A model generated the notes under the pieces. That model searched no databases. It was not told the origin of the DNA and was given only the letters and a program-made list of their open reading frames with translations. Shown here one piece after another: positions 1 to 13,660 of a DNA stretch of 64,000 nucleotides. The position numbers and the translations under genes were made by a program. This stretch comes from the human T2T-CHM13v2.0 reference genome, Homo sapiens. Location of the stretch: the NCBI RefSeq assembly GCF_009914755.1, contig NC_060925.1; one strand, written 5' to 3'. How positions within the stretch are numbered: the first letter of the stretch is position 1; every line of letters starts with the position of its first letter.

Positions 1-359
1 CGAATTGTAATACCCACATATCCAACATGTTAAGAGAGGATACTGTGGTCCCCACGTGTTGAGGGAAGGAAGTGATTGGATCCGAGGGCGGTTTCCCCCA
101 TGCTGTTCTCATGATAGTGAGTGAGTTCTCGCAAGATCTAATGGTTGTATAAATGTTGGGAAATTCCTCCTGTGTCCTTTTTCTCTCTCCTACTGCCTTG
201 TGAAGACGGTGCTTGGTCCCCATCACCTTCCGCCATGATTGTAAGTTTCCTGAGGCCTCCCCAGCCATGTGGAACTGTGAGTCAATTAAACTTTTTTCTT
301 TATAAATTACCCAGTCTGAGGTAGTATTTCTTATAACAGTGTGAAAATGGACTAATACA
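1..359 (+). mobile_element. MaLR LTR (THE1D/MSTA-like), 5' end cut by the window edge
   Basis: Contains ...ccatgattgtaagtttcctgaggcctccccagccatgtggaactgtgagtcaattaaac... and ends ggactaataca, typical of THE1/MST LTR 3' ends. Confidence 0.9.
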
Positions 360-930
360 TCCATTAAGCAGTTTCTCCCCAATTTACTTATTATTTCCTG
401 AGTCCTGGACAGCCACCAATTTACTTTCTGTCTCTATGGATTTAACTTTTCTGAGTGTTTCATTTAAATGGAATCGTACAATATGTGATCTTTCATTTTT
501 TCAGTTAGAATAATTTTTCCCAGATTTATCCATGCTGCAGCATGTATCAGTATTTCACTCCTTTTATGGTTGTATAATATTCTATTGTATGTGTATTTCA
601 CATATTGGTTAGCCATTCATCCTTTGAGCTATGGAAGGATATTTGGATTGCTTCAACTTTTGGCTATTTTGAATAATGTTGCCCAAATGGCCCTATACAA
701 TTATTTGTTTTAGTACCTGTTCTCAATTATTTGAGTTGCATAGGAGTGAATTGCTGAGTCATATAATGATTTGATGTTAACTTTCTGAGGAGCTGCTGAA
801 CTGTTTTTGACATCAGCAGAACTGATTTATAATTCCACTAGCAATGTCCAAGTGTTCCTATTTCTCCACGTCCTTGATAACATCTGCTATTTTACATTTT
901 CGTGATTATATCCTCTATAGTAGGTATTTC
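360..930 (-). mobile_element. Old L1 (L1MB/L1MC-like) 3' UTR fragment
   Basis: ccaccaatttactttctgtctctatggattt...aaatggaatcgtacaatatgtg...tttatccatgctgcagcatgtatcagta: antisense old-L1 3' end motifs. Confidence 0.8.
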
Positions 931-2254
931 ATCTCAAATTTTTACTTCATAATCTCATTTAATCTTGTATTTTACAGAATTTATCTTTTCTTGATGTCAT
1001 AATGCAGATACCATACAAAATCATGTTTCCAATGATAGCTCTATTCAAAGTGTTTTCTTCTTTTTCAAGTTGTTTAGAATCTTGTTTAGTTATTCTCTTT
1101 CCATGGACACTTCTCAGGATGTTTTCAATCACTCTTATATATAAAAGCAAAACATCTTATGGGGAAAAAAGTCCTGTTTTTTTGACCACTGCTGTAATGT
1201 TTATCTCAAAATTATAGTAATTTCTAGAATTAGCTGATGCAAGTTATTCATTCAGGAATTTATCAGACTGTGGAATCTCAGGAGAAAATGTGTGCTGTGG
1301 GATACTGATACCTAAACAGTGTAGTCAGTGTGGTTAAACTGACATCTTGAGAATTATCTTCATATATCTCTACATTTTTTCTTCTTATCAGTACTCAAAG
1401 TATATACTATGACATTTGTTAATTGCTGAATGCCTCATTAGCAGTGAGATACTCAGTGTTAGGGGTGACCCAGGTTCCTAGGGGCTGCCTGAATTTTGCA
1501 ATGGCAGTTGCTCTTGTACCTTTTCTGCATTGCTAGTTATGTGAGCTCTGGGTCTGCACTAGCAAGATGTAATCCATCTGCCTCTAACTCCACCCTTAGT
1601 TCTATTTTTTGCACTCTTAATTTATAGAGAGTCCTAATAGTTTTCTATGAGTATGACCACTTCTTTTTACCTCAATATACCCACTACTTTCTCAGGAAGG
1701 GTGTTTTTTGAATCCCCCAAGTCCTTTTTTATTCTAGAATAATGTGTACTATATTTAAAAGACATTCTTCCCTCCTCTAAATTCCAATACTAATACAGTT
1801 TCTCTGTCTTGCATTCTTTTTCATACTATGCATCCTTTATCACTCAACAAACATCTAGTCATTGCTTCCTAAGCATCAGACTCTTTTAAGCACTAATTAA
1901 TTCATTTGCTTTCTGGAGAGGGATGAGGGGCTGGATATCCTGCTCTCCTCTGCAGTCACCTTAGTTGGCATTATTTAAAAATTTGTTTTAAACTTTAATA
2001 ATTCATGTGGTTTTCTGTAATCTCCTAATAGGCCAAAGTGTAAGCTATATTTGTTAGTCAATCATATTTACAGAATATACCACAGATGAAGTTACCCTGC
2101 CTTTAATCTATAGAGGGAGTATAACACAATTTAAGAACATTAAGTTGAATATAATTTGGCAATAGAAATTTGGTAACTATTATTTACTGGTTGTTTAAAA
2201 TTTTAGGCACATAATGTAAATTTTATACCTTGTTTTTGCTTTCTATTAAATAGG

Positions 2255-2900
2255 GTTAAAATGATTAAGATCATGAACTTTGGAATTAAGACACACCTAA
2301 GCCCAAATCCTGGCTCTCACACTTAAGAATTGTGAAACTCCAACCAAGTTACCCAATTTTTTCTATTATTGCTTATTGTGGAATAAATTGTGTCCCCTCA
2401 AAAGTCATACATTAAAGCTGTAAACCTCAGTACCTCAGAATGATTGTATTTGGAGATAGGACCATTAAAGTGATAATCAAGTTAACACAGGGCTGTTAGG
2501 GTGGGAGCTAATCTATATAACCGGTGTCTGGTATAAGTAGAGGTCGAGACAGAGAGATACCAGATTCATGCACACACAGAGAGAGGGAACCATGTCAACA
2601 CACAGCAAAAAGGTGGCCATCTGCAAATGAAGGAGAGAGGTCTCAGAAGAAACAAAAGCTGTCAATATCTTGATTTCTCACTGATAGCTTCAAGAAATGT
2701 GAGAAAGTACATTTCTGTTATTTGAGCCACCCAAACTGTGGTATTCTGCTATGGAAGCCCTAGGAAATTAATACTGTGGTATTATCTTTATAATGAATAA
2801 TATGTCTCTTGAAGTATTTGTATGAGAATTGAGTGAGAATAAGGTATGGGTAATATTTAGCACAGTGCTTAGCACAATATATGTACTAAAATAATAGTGG
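2255..2900 (+). mobile_element. MIR SINE split by the MLT1 LTR at 2374-2775
   Basis: 5' half aaatcctggctctcacacttaagaattgtga; 3' half tgagaattgagtgagaataagg...ttagcacagtgcttagcacaata. Confidence 0.65.
2374..2775 (+). mobile_element. MaLR MLT1A/B-like solo LTR
   Basis: aattgtgtcccctcaaaag...acctcagaatgattgtatttggagatagg...tgtggtattctgctatggaagccctaggaaattaatac. Confidence 0.85.
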
Positions 2901-5842
2901 TCAGTAGGACTCATGTTATATATGGTGTATGGTTAACATTATATGTATTTCAGAGTTAAATTGTAGCATATTGATTTTCACAATATGTTAGCTGTGAAAA
3001 TTAGTACTGTACAAAATCATATATACACACATGTGTATGTGTTTGTGTTTTTCTGTATGTGTGTGTATGTGCATGCCAAGAGAGGTATAGAAAGGTAGAG
3101 CATTAAATAGCCTTTAGTTTCCAGTATTTCCCCGCTGAATCACAACTTCTTATTTTCCCAAAGGCGTATCCAGATAGCTTAGAGCTGAGAAAATTTTTAA
3201 AAACCCGGCAGGCAAGGAGACTGCAAGAGTTTGTAGATTTACAGGTTTACAAAATCTACTCTATTGATCTATTGGGAGCAGTTGCAGCAGACTGGTGATG
3301 AGAGTGGTTGGCATCCATCAGGGAGGTTGTACACATGTTGAGGATAAGAAGGCCAGCTTGGTAGTCAAGAAGCATTGGAATGGATCTGAGATCTGCTACC
3401 TTATAAGATTGCAAATTTTTAAAGTTATAAATATTCTAAGGTACGCTTTTCTCACCCTTGACTTAGGAATAAACGTGCTTGTTTTACAAAATTGCTGAGC
3501 ACATAGCAACTCTTAAAAATAGGACACTTATAAGGATACCAATATTTTTGCTAGTAATAAATATTAGCTTCATTTTGATTTTAAATAGGCAAACAAGTCT
3601 CTGGCCTTAGTAGTTTGGGATCCTGATTTTCTTTCATTTGCTATAAATAAGACCTATAAGGGGTCATGTTTTTTAAAACCAATTTAAGTTATTTATAAAT
3701 AAAGCAAATATCCTAAGACACTGATTTTTTCCCACTTTCCTAATATTGATCAATAATTCAGTTCATTTGTTCAAACTTTAAGGTAATTTATTTAGCTCTT
3801 TATTAGCATAAGTATTGAATTTTTAAAAATCACCAAATTTAACTTTGGTGACTAGATAAATTCAGTTTTAAATCCTTCCAATTTTATAAAAAGCTCAAGA
3901 AAAAAATGAGGTAAAGCCAATTCATCTTCAGTAAAATAGACACATTCTTGGCTAACATACTTCAAGGAAAAAAAAAGTTAAAATTGTAGTACAACATGCA
4001 CTGTGTACATAAAATTGTATGGATATACATAGCATTGTTCTATTTTTTATACTTCAATTTGCAGACAGAAAACAAAGAAAATGCTTACTTTTGGGAAAAA
4101 ACATAAAATGCAAAGGGATGATTATTTTAGTAACCATTGATAAAATTACCAACTATCTGAGGCAAGTTTTGTCCACTTTTCCAGGTTTTTAGATATCACT
4201 TCATTTCACATGCTATAATCTCAATTATCAGCTAATATAGTATAGCATCTGATGCAGTTACTTGATAGTTGTTTAATGTTAAATGTTCTTCTCCCTCTAC
4301 CAAAGCAATAGATTGTAATACAGTGATAACTTCTCTGTTTGGCAAAATGTCACTTACATTAAAAAACCAAAACATTTAAAAAGAAAATTCTAAAATATCT
4401 ATTGTTTTAATTTAATATTGAAAGCATAAATATTTCTTATTATTTTCTTATCATATTTTATGATTCTGACACAAAGAATATGTAACAAAACATTCAATTT
4501 TTTAACAACATATGAGCACATGAAATAGATATTTATTAGCTTACATTTTTATTTTATGCCCAAATTTTAATGAATGCACATAATTGAAATAACCAATATG
4601 TATTCAGAGTGATAGATTCCAAGTTGGTCCCTAAAATGAGTTAACCTACCTAAATGCAAAGCTCTTCAAATAAACTTTATGTGCTATGTGCTGTTGATTT
4701 GAGAAAAGTAAAAGACATAGATAAATCCCTTGCCTACAGTTTTTATGATCTGCAAGAGAAGGTACAGTTATATTCACAAAATACTGTGAAGCAGACACAA
4801 AGCATGCTGATGACTACAAAAAACACTCCAAGTGTTTAACAATAAAGAAATTGTATTGCTATTGAAAACTGAAACTACTAAACTAAAAACATTTGAAATT
4901 TTCAGTTCAATATCAAATTTTAAGGTCGAACTCATAGATTTTTCTATTGCAAAAGCATTTTAAAATTTTCTATTGGTGATTGTCTTAATTTTGTTCAATC
5001 TATTCAAAAAATTTGTATTTTTAAACTTTTTAAATTGTTGAATTAATCTATAGAGTGCATGGTACATTTGTTGACCTCTTATAATTTTAGCAGAGAGATC
5101 TAGAGACAAATTGCTTATTAATACCTCACTACTATTTCAGATGCAAATTAATGGTGTTTAAGTAACAATTTTGTTTTAGAATAACTCACAGCAGCATGAA
5201 AGTATACATTGTCCATGATAATGAGATATTAACAACAACAAAAAAATACCACCTAACCCATGAAATGACTTTCTTACAGAGAAATAAAATAATAAATCAC
5301 AATCTTCAGCTTTATCTGGATTTCCATCTTACCAAAAGCAAATTGTAAAAGACCAGTCAGTAACTAACATCTTCCAGAGAAAAATAAAGATATATGTAGA
5401 TATCTTAATATTTTATATATAAGATAAAGATTATAAGTAATATAAGAAAGATAAAGATATATATCTTTACATATATATCTTTACAATGACTGCTGCATTG
5501 TAATTAACAAATCAAAATTAGTTTACTTTTAAAAGCATGTGAAGATATTCTGAAGACAATGTTTAAATTCAAAAGACTAAGACAGTAAAATTTTTAAAAA
5601 CTCTAAACCATGAACTGTGTTTTCTGGCTTTAATTAGAAAACTATAAGGATTTTTGGTGGTATTATAAATCACAGTATTTAAAGGGTTATAGGGCAAAAA
5701 ATTAATAAACATATTCATAAGTAAAATTTGTTAATACAAGCTTATAAAAATTACTTTACAAAATTTACTAAAATCGGAACAGAAAAAATATGCAATGTGG
5801 AAGATATGAATTTATGAAGATGTGAGTTATCAGCTCAGGAAC

Positions 5843-6553
5843 CTGTTAAAATGGCTAGTATCAAAAACATAAAAATAACAAGTGCTGGTGAGAATGTGGA
5901 AAAATTGAGACTTTTGTACACTGTTAGTGGGAATTTAAATGTGCTCAGCCATTATCAAAAACAGTATAGAGATTCCTCAAAAAAGTAAAAATAGAACTAC
6001 CGTATGATCCAACAATGTCACTCCTGGATATATATATCCAAAGGAAATGAAATCAGTATGTTGAAGAGATATCTGCACTCCCATATACATTACAGAATTA
6101 TTCACAATAGCAAAGATACAGAATCATCCTAAGTGTCCCACAGTTACACGGGTAAAGAAAATGTCATATATATACATAATGGAATGTTATTCAGTCTTAA
6201 GAAAACAACAAAAGAGAACTGGAGATCTTGCTATATGCAGCAATGCGGATGAACATTATGTTAAGCGCAAGCAGCCAGTCACAGGAGGACTAATACTGTA
6301 TGGTTCCTCTTATATGAGGTATCTGAAATAGTTCAGTTTATGGAAACAGAGCATAGGATGGTGGTTACTAGAGGCTGAGTGGGTGGAAGGAGGAACTAGG
6401 AAATTGTGGCTAAATTAATACCAAGTTATACAAGATGAGTACATTCTAGCAATCTGCTGTGGAACACTGTCCCTGTAATTAACAATATTATATTGCACAC
6501 TTAAAAAGTTATTAAGGGGGTATGTCATGTTGTGTTTGTGCCACAATAAAAAT
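5843..6553 (+). mobile_element. L1MA9/10-like 3' end (ORF2 C-terminus remnant plus 3' UTR)
   Basis: ctgttaaaatggctagtatcaaaaac...aataacaagtgctggtgagaatgtgg...ggaaatgaaatcagtatgttgaagagatatctgcactccc...ccacaataaaaat. Confidence 0.85.
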
Positions 6554-7277
6554 AGCTTCCAATTATGTAAGTAATCTTGAATAAAGAATTTGCCTCTAAT
6601 TTTTTAGAATATAAAATTATTATATTGTGTTGAATTCTTGTATGAGCACTGTTAAAATAAAGTTGCGATTACATTTCTTTCAATAGTCTATGCTTTCCAT
6701 GAGTACCCAGACTCTTTTTTTTCATAAATGTTGACTTAAATACAAATCTTTAAAATGAATTCTAAGTATTCTAGTTTACTCATATGACTGTTTGGGTTCT
6801 AAATTTGTACACAAATTTCAGAAGAAGGAATTATCCTACTGTTTCCTTCCTTTTATAATTGTTGTAAATTCTAAGCATTACTGTTTTTGTCATTCTGGAG
6901 AAAGAATGGAAACAATAATAATTTTTCAGATCATTTGAAAACTAGCATGTAAATATAGATGGGGAGTGCTACCCAAAAATTAGAAATTACCCAAATTTTC
7001 TATTATAATGGGCGCATATATCCTACGTCTAAATATCCATTATTTCTTAAAATGCATCTACACTAAAAATTTAGTATGTGTGTATTCATGATAACCTGTC
7101 AGAAGTAATGAAGTTGCCCACAGGGAGGTGGGTAAGTAATTATTACTAATTTTCTGCAAATACAAACTAGGTATTTGAATAAATGTGTTGGAACAAAGAA
7201 ATACAAAGCAAACGAAACATCCTTAGTATTTAATAATATTAAATATTTTGTAAAATATATTACAACAATTTAGATAA

Positions 7278-7544
<267 letters not shown>

Positions 7545-7749
7545 TAGATAATTTTTAATGCATAATAATAAAACTAATATTCATAAATCCACCTGAAAAT
7601 TAAGTAGCAGTTGAACATTGTATAATATAATTGATTCTACCTATGTGCTCTTCCCATCCTATCTTCCTGAAACACCTCAGAAATACCACAGACCTGAAAA
7701 ATATTAACAGTCCTATATTTTGTTAAAATAGTTGTACGCACATGCATAC

Positions 7750-8230
7750 ACAACTGAATAATATTAATTTAGTTTTGATTATTTTTGAGCTTAGAAGTGA
7801 TTCCTAAAGATAATAGTCTTCACTATGTGGATTTTCCCCCTTGCATTATGTTTGTGAGATCTATCCCATGTTGTCACTTAAAACGATAATTCAATCCATT
7901 TTCACTCTTGCAAAATATTCTATTGTGTGGATATCCTAAAATCAATTAAGAATGTTTTTTGTTGTTATAAAAACTAACACTATTAGATTTCTTGTACATC
8001 TTCTGATAAATATATGCAAGAGTTTCCCTAGAGTATGCACTTAGAGAAGGACTTGCTAATTTATAATATATTTACAGTTTTAAATGTAATTATAAACTGT
8101 TTTGCAAAATAGTCTCCTAGTTTTATATTTCACAAGAAATTATGTGTTTCTGTTACTCCACACCCTAGCCATTATTTGTTATTGTCCAACTAAGTATGAA
8201 ATAAAACCATGTCATGGTATATTTTACAGG
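7750..8230 (-). mobile_element. Old L1 (L1ME-like) fragment
   Basis: cattatgtttgtgagatctatcccatgttg...tatatgcaagagtttccctagagtatgcacttagaga. Confidence 0.6.
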
Positions 8231-8499
8231 CTCCAATTAACATCTTTTATTATTTTAAAAAATATATGTTAAGTCATTTTACAGCTACTCTTCAGTAGTA
8301 GCAAACAACTTTATTAGAAATTTTAAATCTAAGTTATTGTTAAGCAACATACTTCTGTAACAATTTTAATATGCTTTAATTTAAATATCTGTTTTACCGA
8401 GATGTTTTCCTGAATGTTAGGAATTAAATGGTTTCACCTTTTATATGGTCCCAGACCACCTTCTCCTTCCCTTATTCTAGCCTACATCACACACTATAC

Positions 8500-8612
8500 C
8501 TGAATTTATTCTTTCTCAGTAGAATATAAGCTCAGCATGTCTTGAATATCATTGCATCCCCAGGCATATAGTTGGCAATCAATAAATATTTGTCAGCTGA
8601 ATAAATGAATAA
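8500..8612 (+). mobile_element. L2 3' end fragment
   Basis: tagaatataagctc...caataaatatttgtcagctgaataaatgaata, the typical L2 terminus. Confidence 0.6.
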
Positions 8613-9803
8613 ACTTTTAGTTTAAAATGTTAGAGAATTCTACAGAATTGTTTACTAAATTTTGAGTCACTCATGAATGTAGAGAATCACTACATGAATA
8701 ATGAGCTGTTTCTTTTGATGTATTTTCATTCCTCTATTTCTCACCTTGACAAATTTTTTAATCACTAGAGAATCCTCCAACAAGTCTTCACAAATGCTAC
8801 CAAATGTATTTTGTCTCTGTTCTATTTTCTCAAAATGCTTTTTTTAAAAAAAGAAAAAACAAACCCGAATCCATGAACATCGTACATGGTACTCAACACT
8901 AGGCTAGAAACAGAAGACAAAGGCCTGATAATTTTTACATTGTAGGTATTTAAAACTGTGCCCCATAATGTACTTATTGCATTGTATTTTATGAATTTTA
9001 TTCATTTTAGCCTGACACAGAATAAGAAGCCTTAGAATTGAGTTTTCATCTTTGGGGTCCTGTGTATTATACTCCTTTGTGTGCATGCTTTCAGCCTGAT
9101 ACTGGACAGAAATGAATGCCGAGATGATTTATTTTACTCAATAGATGTATTTGTATTCAATAAAATTTTAAACTTAGTAACGATCTGTAGAAAACATACT
9201 ATTTAAAACTTATTTTAACTGCTAAATATGTGAGACAAGACACCATAAAAATAGACTTTGTGTAAGAATGAAATTATGAAGATAACAAATATGCAGAATT
9301 TAGACTAGAATTTTAAAATGGAAGCAAGCAAGAACCTGAGTAGCCTTATGTAGGGATAAAATGGTTTTACTGGATTTAATTAACTTACCCTATAAGAAAT
9401 GAAAATCAAAGAATCATTCTTGTCTGAACTGAGCTATTAACATAGTTTTAACTGCAGTCTTTATGGCTTGAAAGTCTTAGAGCAGATGGTAAATTTATAG
9501 TCCTTTTGCCCCTATGGAGAAGAAAGAAGGAGAAAATATAGTGCAAGAGCTTTATGTGTTTCATGAATAAACTCAGAATGCAAGTGGTTGGAACCATTTC
9601 TTAATGGTGTATGAAAGTTATCATCATATATTCTATAGCAATATAAACAACACATATTTTTATGCTCTGATAAACTCTTTCATAAATAAGAGGAAGGAGC
9701 TGATTTTTCTGAAATACTGACAACAATTTTACTGGAGTACCCAAAAGAAAGAAATGAATGTGTATGCTTATTTTCTAATTAATTTTAAGTATGAAAGCAT
9801 GAA

Positions 9804-9824
9804 TATATATATATATATATATAT
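9804..9824. repeat. (TA)n microsatellite
   Basis: Directly visible. Confidence 0.9.
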
Positions 9825-11703
9825 CTGATGTGTATAACATGATACGTTTCCCTGAGCTGTTATTCATTATATCCACAGAGAACTGTATTTCAATGTGTAA
9901 TGTGTCAAGATATTGTCAAAAAGCTATATCTATATCTGCTATTATAATATATATATGATTCATGATATATATAAATTGATAAATTTATATGTTACATACA
10001 TAAATATAAATATATATACATACATATATATATTTAGAGAGAAAGAGAGAGAATTGTTCTGTCAAACTATCAAGTCAGTTATATTAGCCACAGATAAATG
10101 GTGATATATATACATGAATGTATATATAAGCATTATGTTAAAACATATTCTCCAGAGCTATTAGTTCACCATATCCAAATGGGAAGAATTTGCACAAATA
10201 CACAGAGCTTTAAGGAGTAGAATCAAGATTCAAATAGTAGTTATACAGCTCCAATAGCTGCATGCATTTTAAACTATTACATTATATTTCTAAATTCTTC
10301 CTATATACCATTTAAAGTATAGCCTCGTGTGATTTTTTCTTTTTATATTTTATAGCTATGCCATTAATGCTCCTTATGGTATAAAACATACATGTAATAT
10401 AACTTATAACATTATCCCATATATTTATATTTATTTTGAGACATTCAAATATAATTTTCTTTTAAATATATTGTTAGATAAACTCAAAACAGAACTTGTT
10501 ATTTAGTTATTAGAATAAATTACATTGCGAAACTTCTGATGGTAAGCCATTAACTATTTTTCTAATGACATTGCTGTATCATGTTTCAAAGTCTCATTTA
10601 TCTGGTAAATCTTGTCTTAAAATACACCAATAATTTGTTGAAATGTAACGTTGGAAAAGTGCTTTAACAGTCATTTGATTATATTAGGTAACAGTGACTA
10701 TTGAATATCTCAGTTAATATATTTTTCATATTATATAATTTCAACTTCAATAATTGATTGTCTATCTTAATAGCACGTCATATAAATGAATCATATATAC
10801 ATAAACATAATAATAATATTAGCTAACATTAACTGAGCACTTCCAATGTAGCAGTCATTAATGCATTTGCTTTTTATTTTATTATAATATGAACACTAAA
10901 GCAAAACAAAAATATTCTAACATCATAGGCAGTATAATGGCGGGAAAATAAAAAACAGAAACAAAATTACATATGATGCCCCAAATATAATGCATTAACA
11001 CAGTGGATCATATTAAAGTTTTTTTTAGTCTGGAGGGTCTATATATAATTCAGGTTAAATGAAGAAAAAAAGCAAAGCACAGCTTCTGCTATGTGTTAGA
11101 GTCTTTATTTCCTGATATTTACAAATGGTTGTACTAGCTACCATTTGTTGAGTTATTGTTTGCCAGGCATTTTCCCTCTTGCCAACCCTTTGCTGTAAAT
11201 GAATTTAGTTTACAAATAAAGTTATAGCCATCCAGAGAAAGTAAATAACAGGACTACTATACTTCAGAATGAGGATTTAAATCTAGGTGTATGACTACAT
11301 TATATTTTTTCCATCAAATTAAGCTGCATCACGAAGAACTGAGAACTATTCTAATTTAATTCTGGCATTTTTATATAAGATGAGATCCAGAAACAATTTT
11401 ATTTTATTTCCAAAAATGTGTTGAACGTCCACTATAAGAATAACGTATTTAGATACATAGGTTGGGAGGAAGAGAGGAAAATATAAATTTAACATTACAC
11501 TATGCACTAAGTTACAAGTTCTGTTAAATCTGTTTCTTTTGGTATACTCTGTTTGCCTTTCGTGTTATGATCTGATGATGATGGACATGATTATAGAAGC
11601 CATTTTCTTTGTTGTTATGGGAAGCACCAAAAAGCCTAGGCTTGAAGTAAAAAGATTCTCTCTTACCATGTTTCTGCCTGGATTAGACTGTTAACATTGG
11701 ATG

Positions 11704-12149
11704 TGAAAAAGGGCTGGCAAGAACCAAACTGGGCTTAGCCCATGAGGATTTTACTGAAGTGGTAATGTTACAGCACCAGTGGTGCCACAGCTCAGGCAAG
11801 GTTACAGCTCTGTGACTGCTCCCGTAGATCAGGGGTGCCTCATAAGCAGAGTTCTAAGAATAGCAACTCAGGGGCAAGTTTGCAGTCATATTTATAATAA
11901 CCTTTAGTGTCACACAGATTAAGGGGTGGTTTATGCAGAAATTTATAGGAAAAGGATGGTAAATTGTCGGTGGTGACTTTCCATTGTAAAGGACGGGGTG
12001 GTAACTCCCAACTGTTGCAATGGCAATGGTAAACTGACATGGCACGTCTTCTGGAAAGCTGCTTCTGCCTGTCCCTAGCTTCTGCTACTCCTCAGTTTGG
12101 TCTGCTGTCCGAGATCCACCTTTGGAGTTGAGTCTCACCTGCTACCTCA
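11704..12149 (-). mobile_element. ERV1 solo LTR, MER50-like
   Basis: TG...CA ends with perfect 4-bp TSD gatg (11700-11703 and 12150-12153); the minus strand begins tgaggtagcaggtgagactcaactcc and contains gccatgtcagtttaccattgcc. Confidence 0.8.
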
Positions 12150-12779
12150 GATGCAACACTCAGAGATTTTACTCTGCAATTATTTCACCACCAATATTAA
12201 GTAATGATCAATTAAGTTAATGATCAATAGCTTTCCAAGTTTAATAAATTTAATAATTCATGTTTCCAAAGCACCAAAGACTGATCATATAGATTTCTAA
12301 AATTTTCCTATTTGCATGTATGATCCTGGCCCAGCACAATTCCCTCAGACTAGGCATCAAGTTCTATACATTATCTACCCCCTCCAATAATAGCTTATCT
12401 CTTTACCAAAAGACATAATTTGCACAGGTACAGAAATATTTATTTTTATTTTCTTGATAAAGTATAACTATCACTTATTTACACTCCCAGTACAGATTTT
12501 AATATAATAATTGGAATCCTATTTGAATGCAGTCTCATGTTATTAAATTGGTTATGCTGGGAGTAATCTCAGTCATGCTATTATTTTTGGTCCTTGTTAC
12601 AGTGGCTAGCTTCCAGAGTAAAATAAGACCCAGGTCTAAAATATCTGGGAGAACCAAAAGTTTTTCCAAATATTTATATTTTTCTAGTTATATGCTAGAT
12701 TATTATAAAACCTAAGGATTCTAACCAGACAAAACACCTCATAGGTGCCATAAAATAGCCTTCTCAAAAGTTAATGTAT

Positions 12780-13160
12780 ATAAATTAAATACTGTATATA
12801 TAAATTATTCAGAACAATAATACAATGAACAACTATGAACCACTACTCACTTATGAACTATAGTATTACTTGTAACATTACATCTACAATTGTGCGTTAA
12901 AAAAATTACTACCTTTTCTTCCACTAGATAAGAAATTTTTTGATTATTAACCCCATGCCCTTAAAAAGTAGTTTTATTACCTATATATGAGTCCCTCATA
13001 AATGTATTAATTGCTTTCCATATTTAACATTATGAAAATGTTATCATACTATAAGGAATATTGCTCACATCTGTTTTTACTTAACATTAGGATTCTGAAA
13101 TCTAATCATATTTTTGTATGTTGTTTTAAGTCATAACTTTTTACTACTGTCTAATATTCC
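12780..13160 (-). mobile_element. Old L1 (L1ME-like) 3' fragment
   Basis: aataatacaatgaacaactatgaaccactactc...ttttacttaacattaggattctgaaatctaatcat. Confidence 0.5.
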
Positions 13161-13545
13161 AGAGGATACATTTGGCTGCAGTGCTATTTGAAAACAAGCA
13201 AGACCATGAACTCCATGTAGTTAATGCTTGATGGGAGAAGGCAAGGCAAGAGATGAGAGTTGTCTATTTAAGAGTAGAATTGAAGCTCACAGACTCTGGG
13301 AAGTATTTGGATATTCACATTCTTGATCTGTTAGCCGACAGCCTTACTGTATGATCAGGCAAATTGGCTCTATATGACTGAACAATAAAGAATACCCTAG
13401 AATAGATAAATCTTTATGGTAAAGAATATTATTGTTTGGAATAGTTATTTATGGTGAGAAACATCACTGAATGTGGCATCTAGTTACAGAAACATTTTGG
13501 GAATTTAGAGGAAGAATTAAAGTGAATGATGTAGTTCTTTCTACT

Positions 13546-13660
13546 AAAAAAAAAAACAAAAGAAAAAAGGAGGAAGAAGAAAAGGAGGAATGGAAAGGGA
13601 AGGGGGAGGGAAAAGGAAGCAGAAGAAGGAGAGGAGGAGGAGGAGAAGTAAGAAAGACAG
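13546..13660. repeat. Polypurine (GA-rich) low-complexity tract
   Basis: About 115 nt of almost only A and G. Confidence 0.9.
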
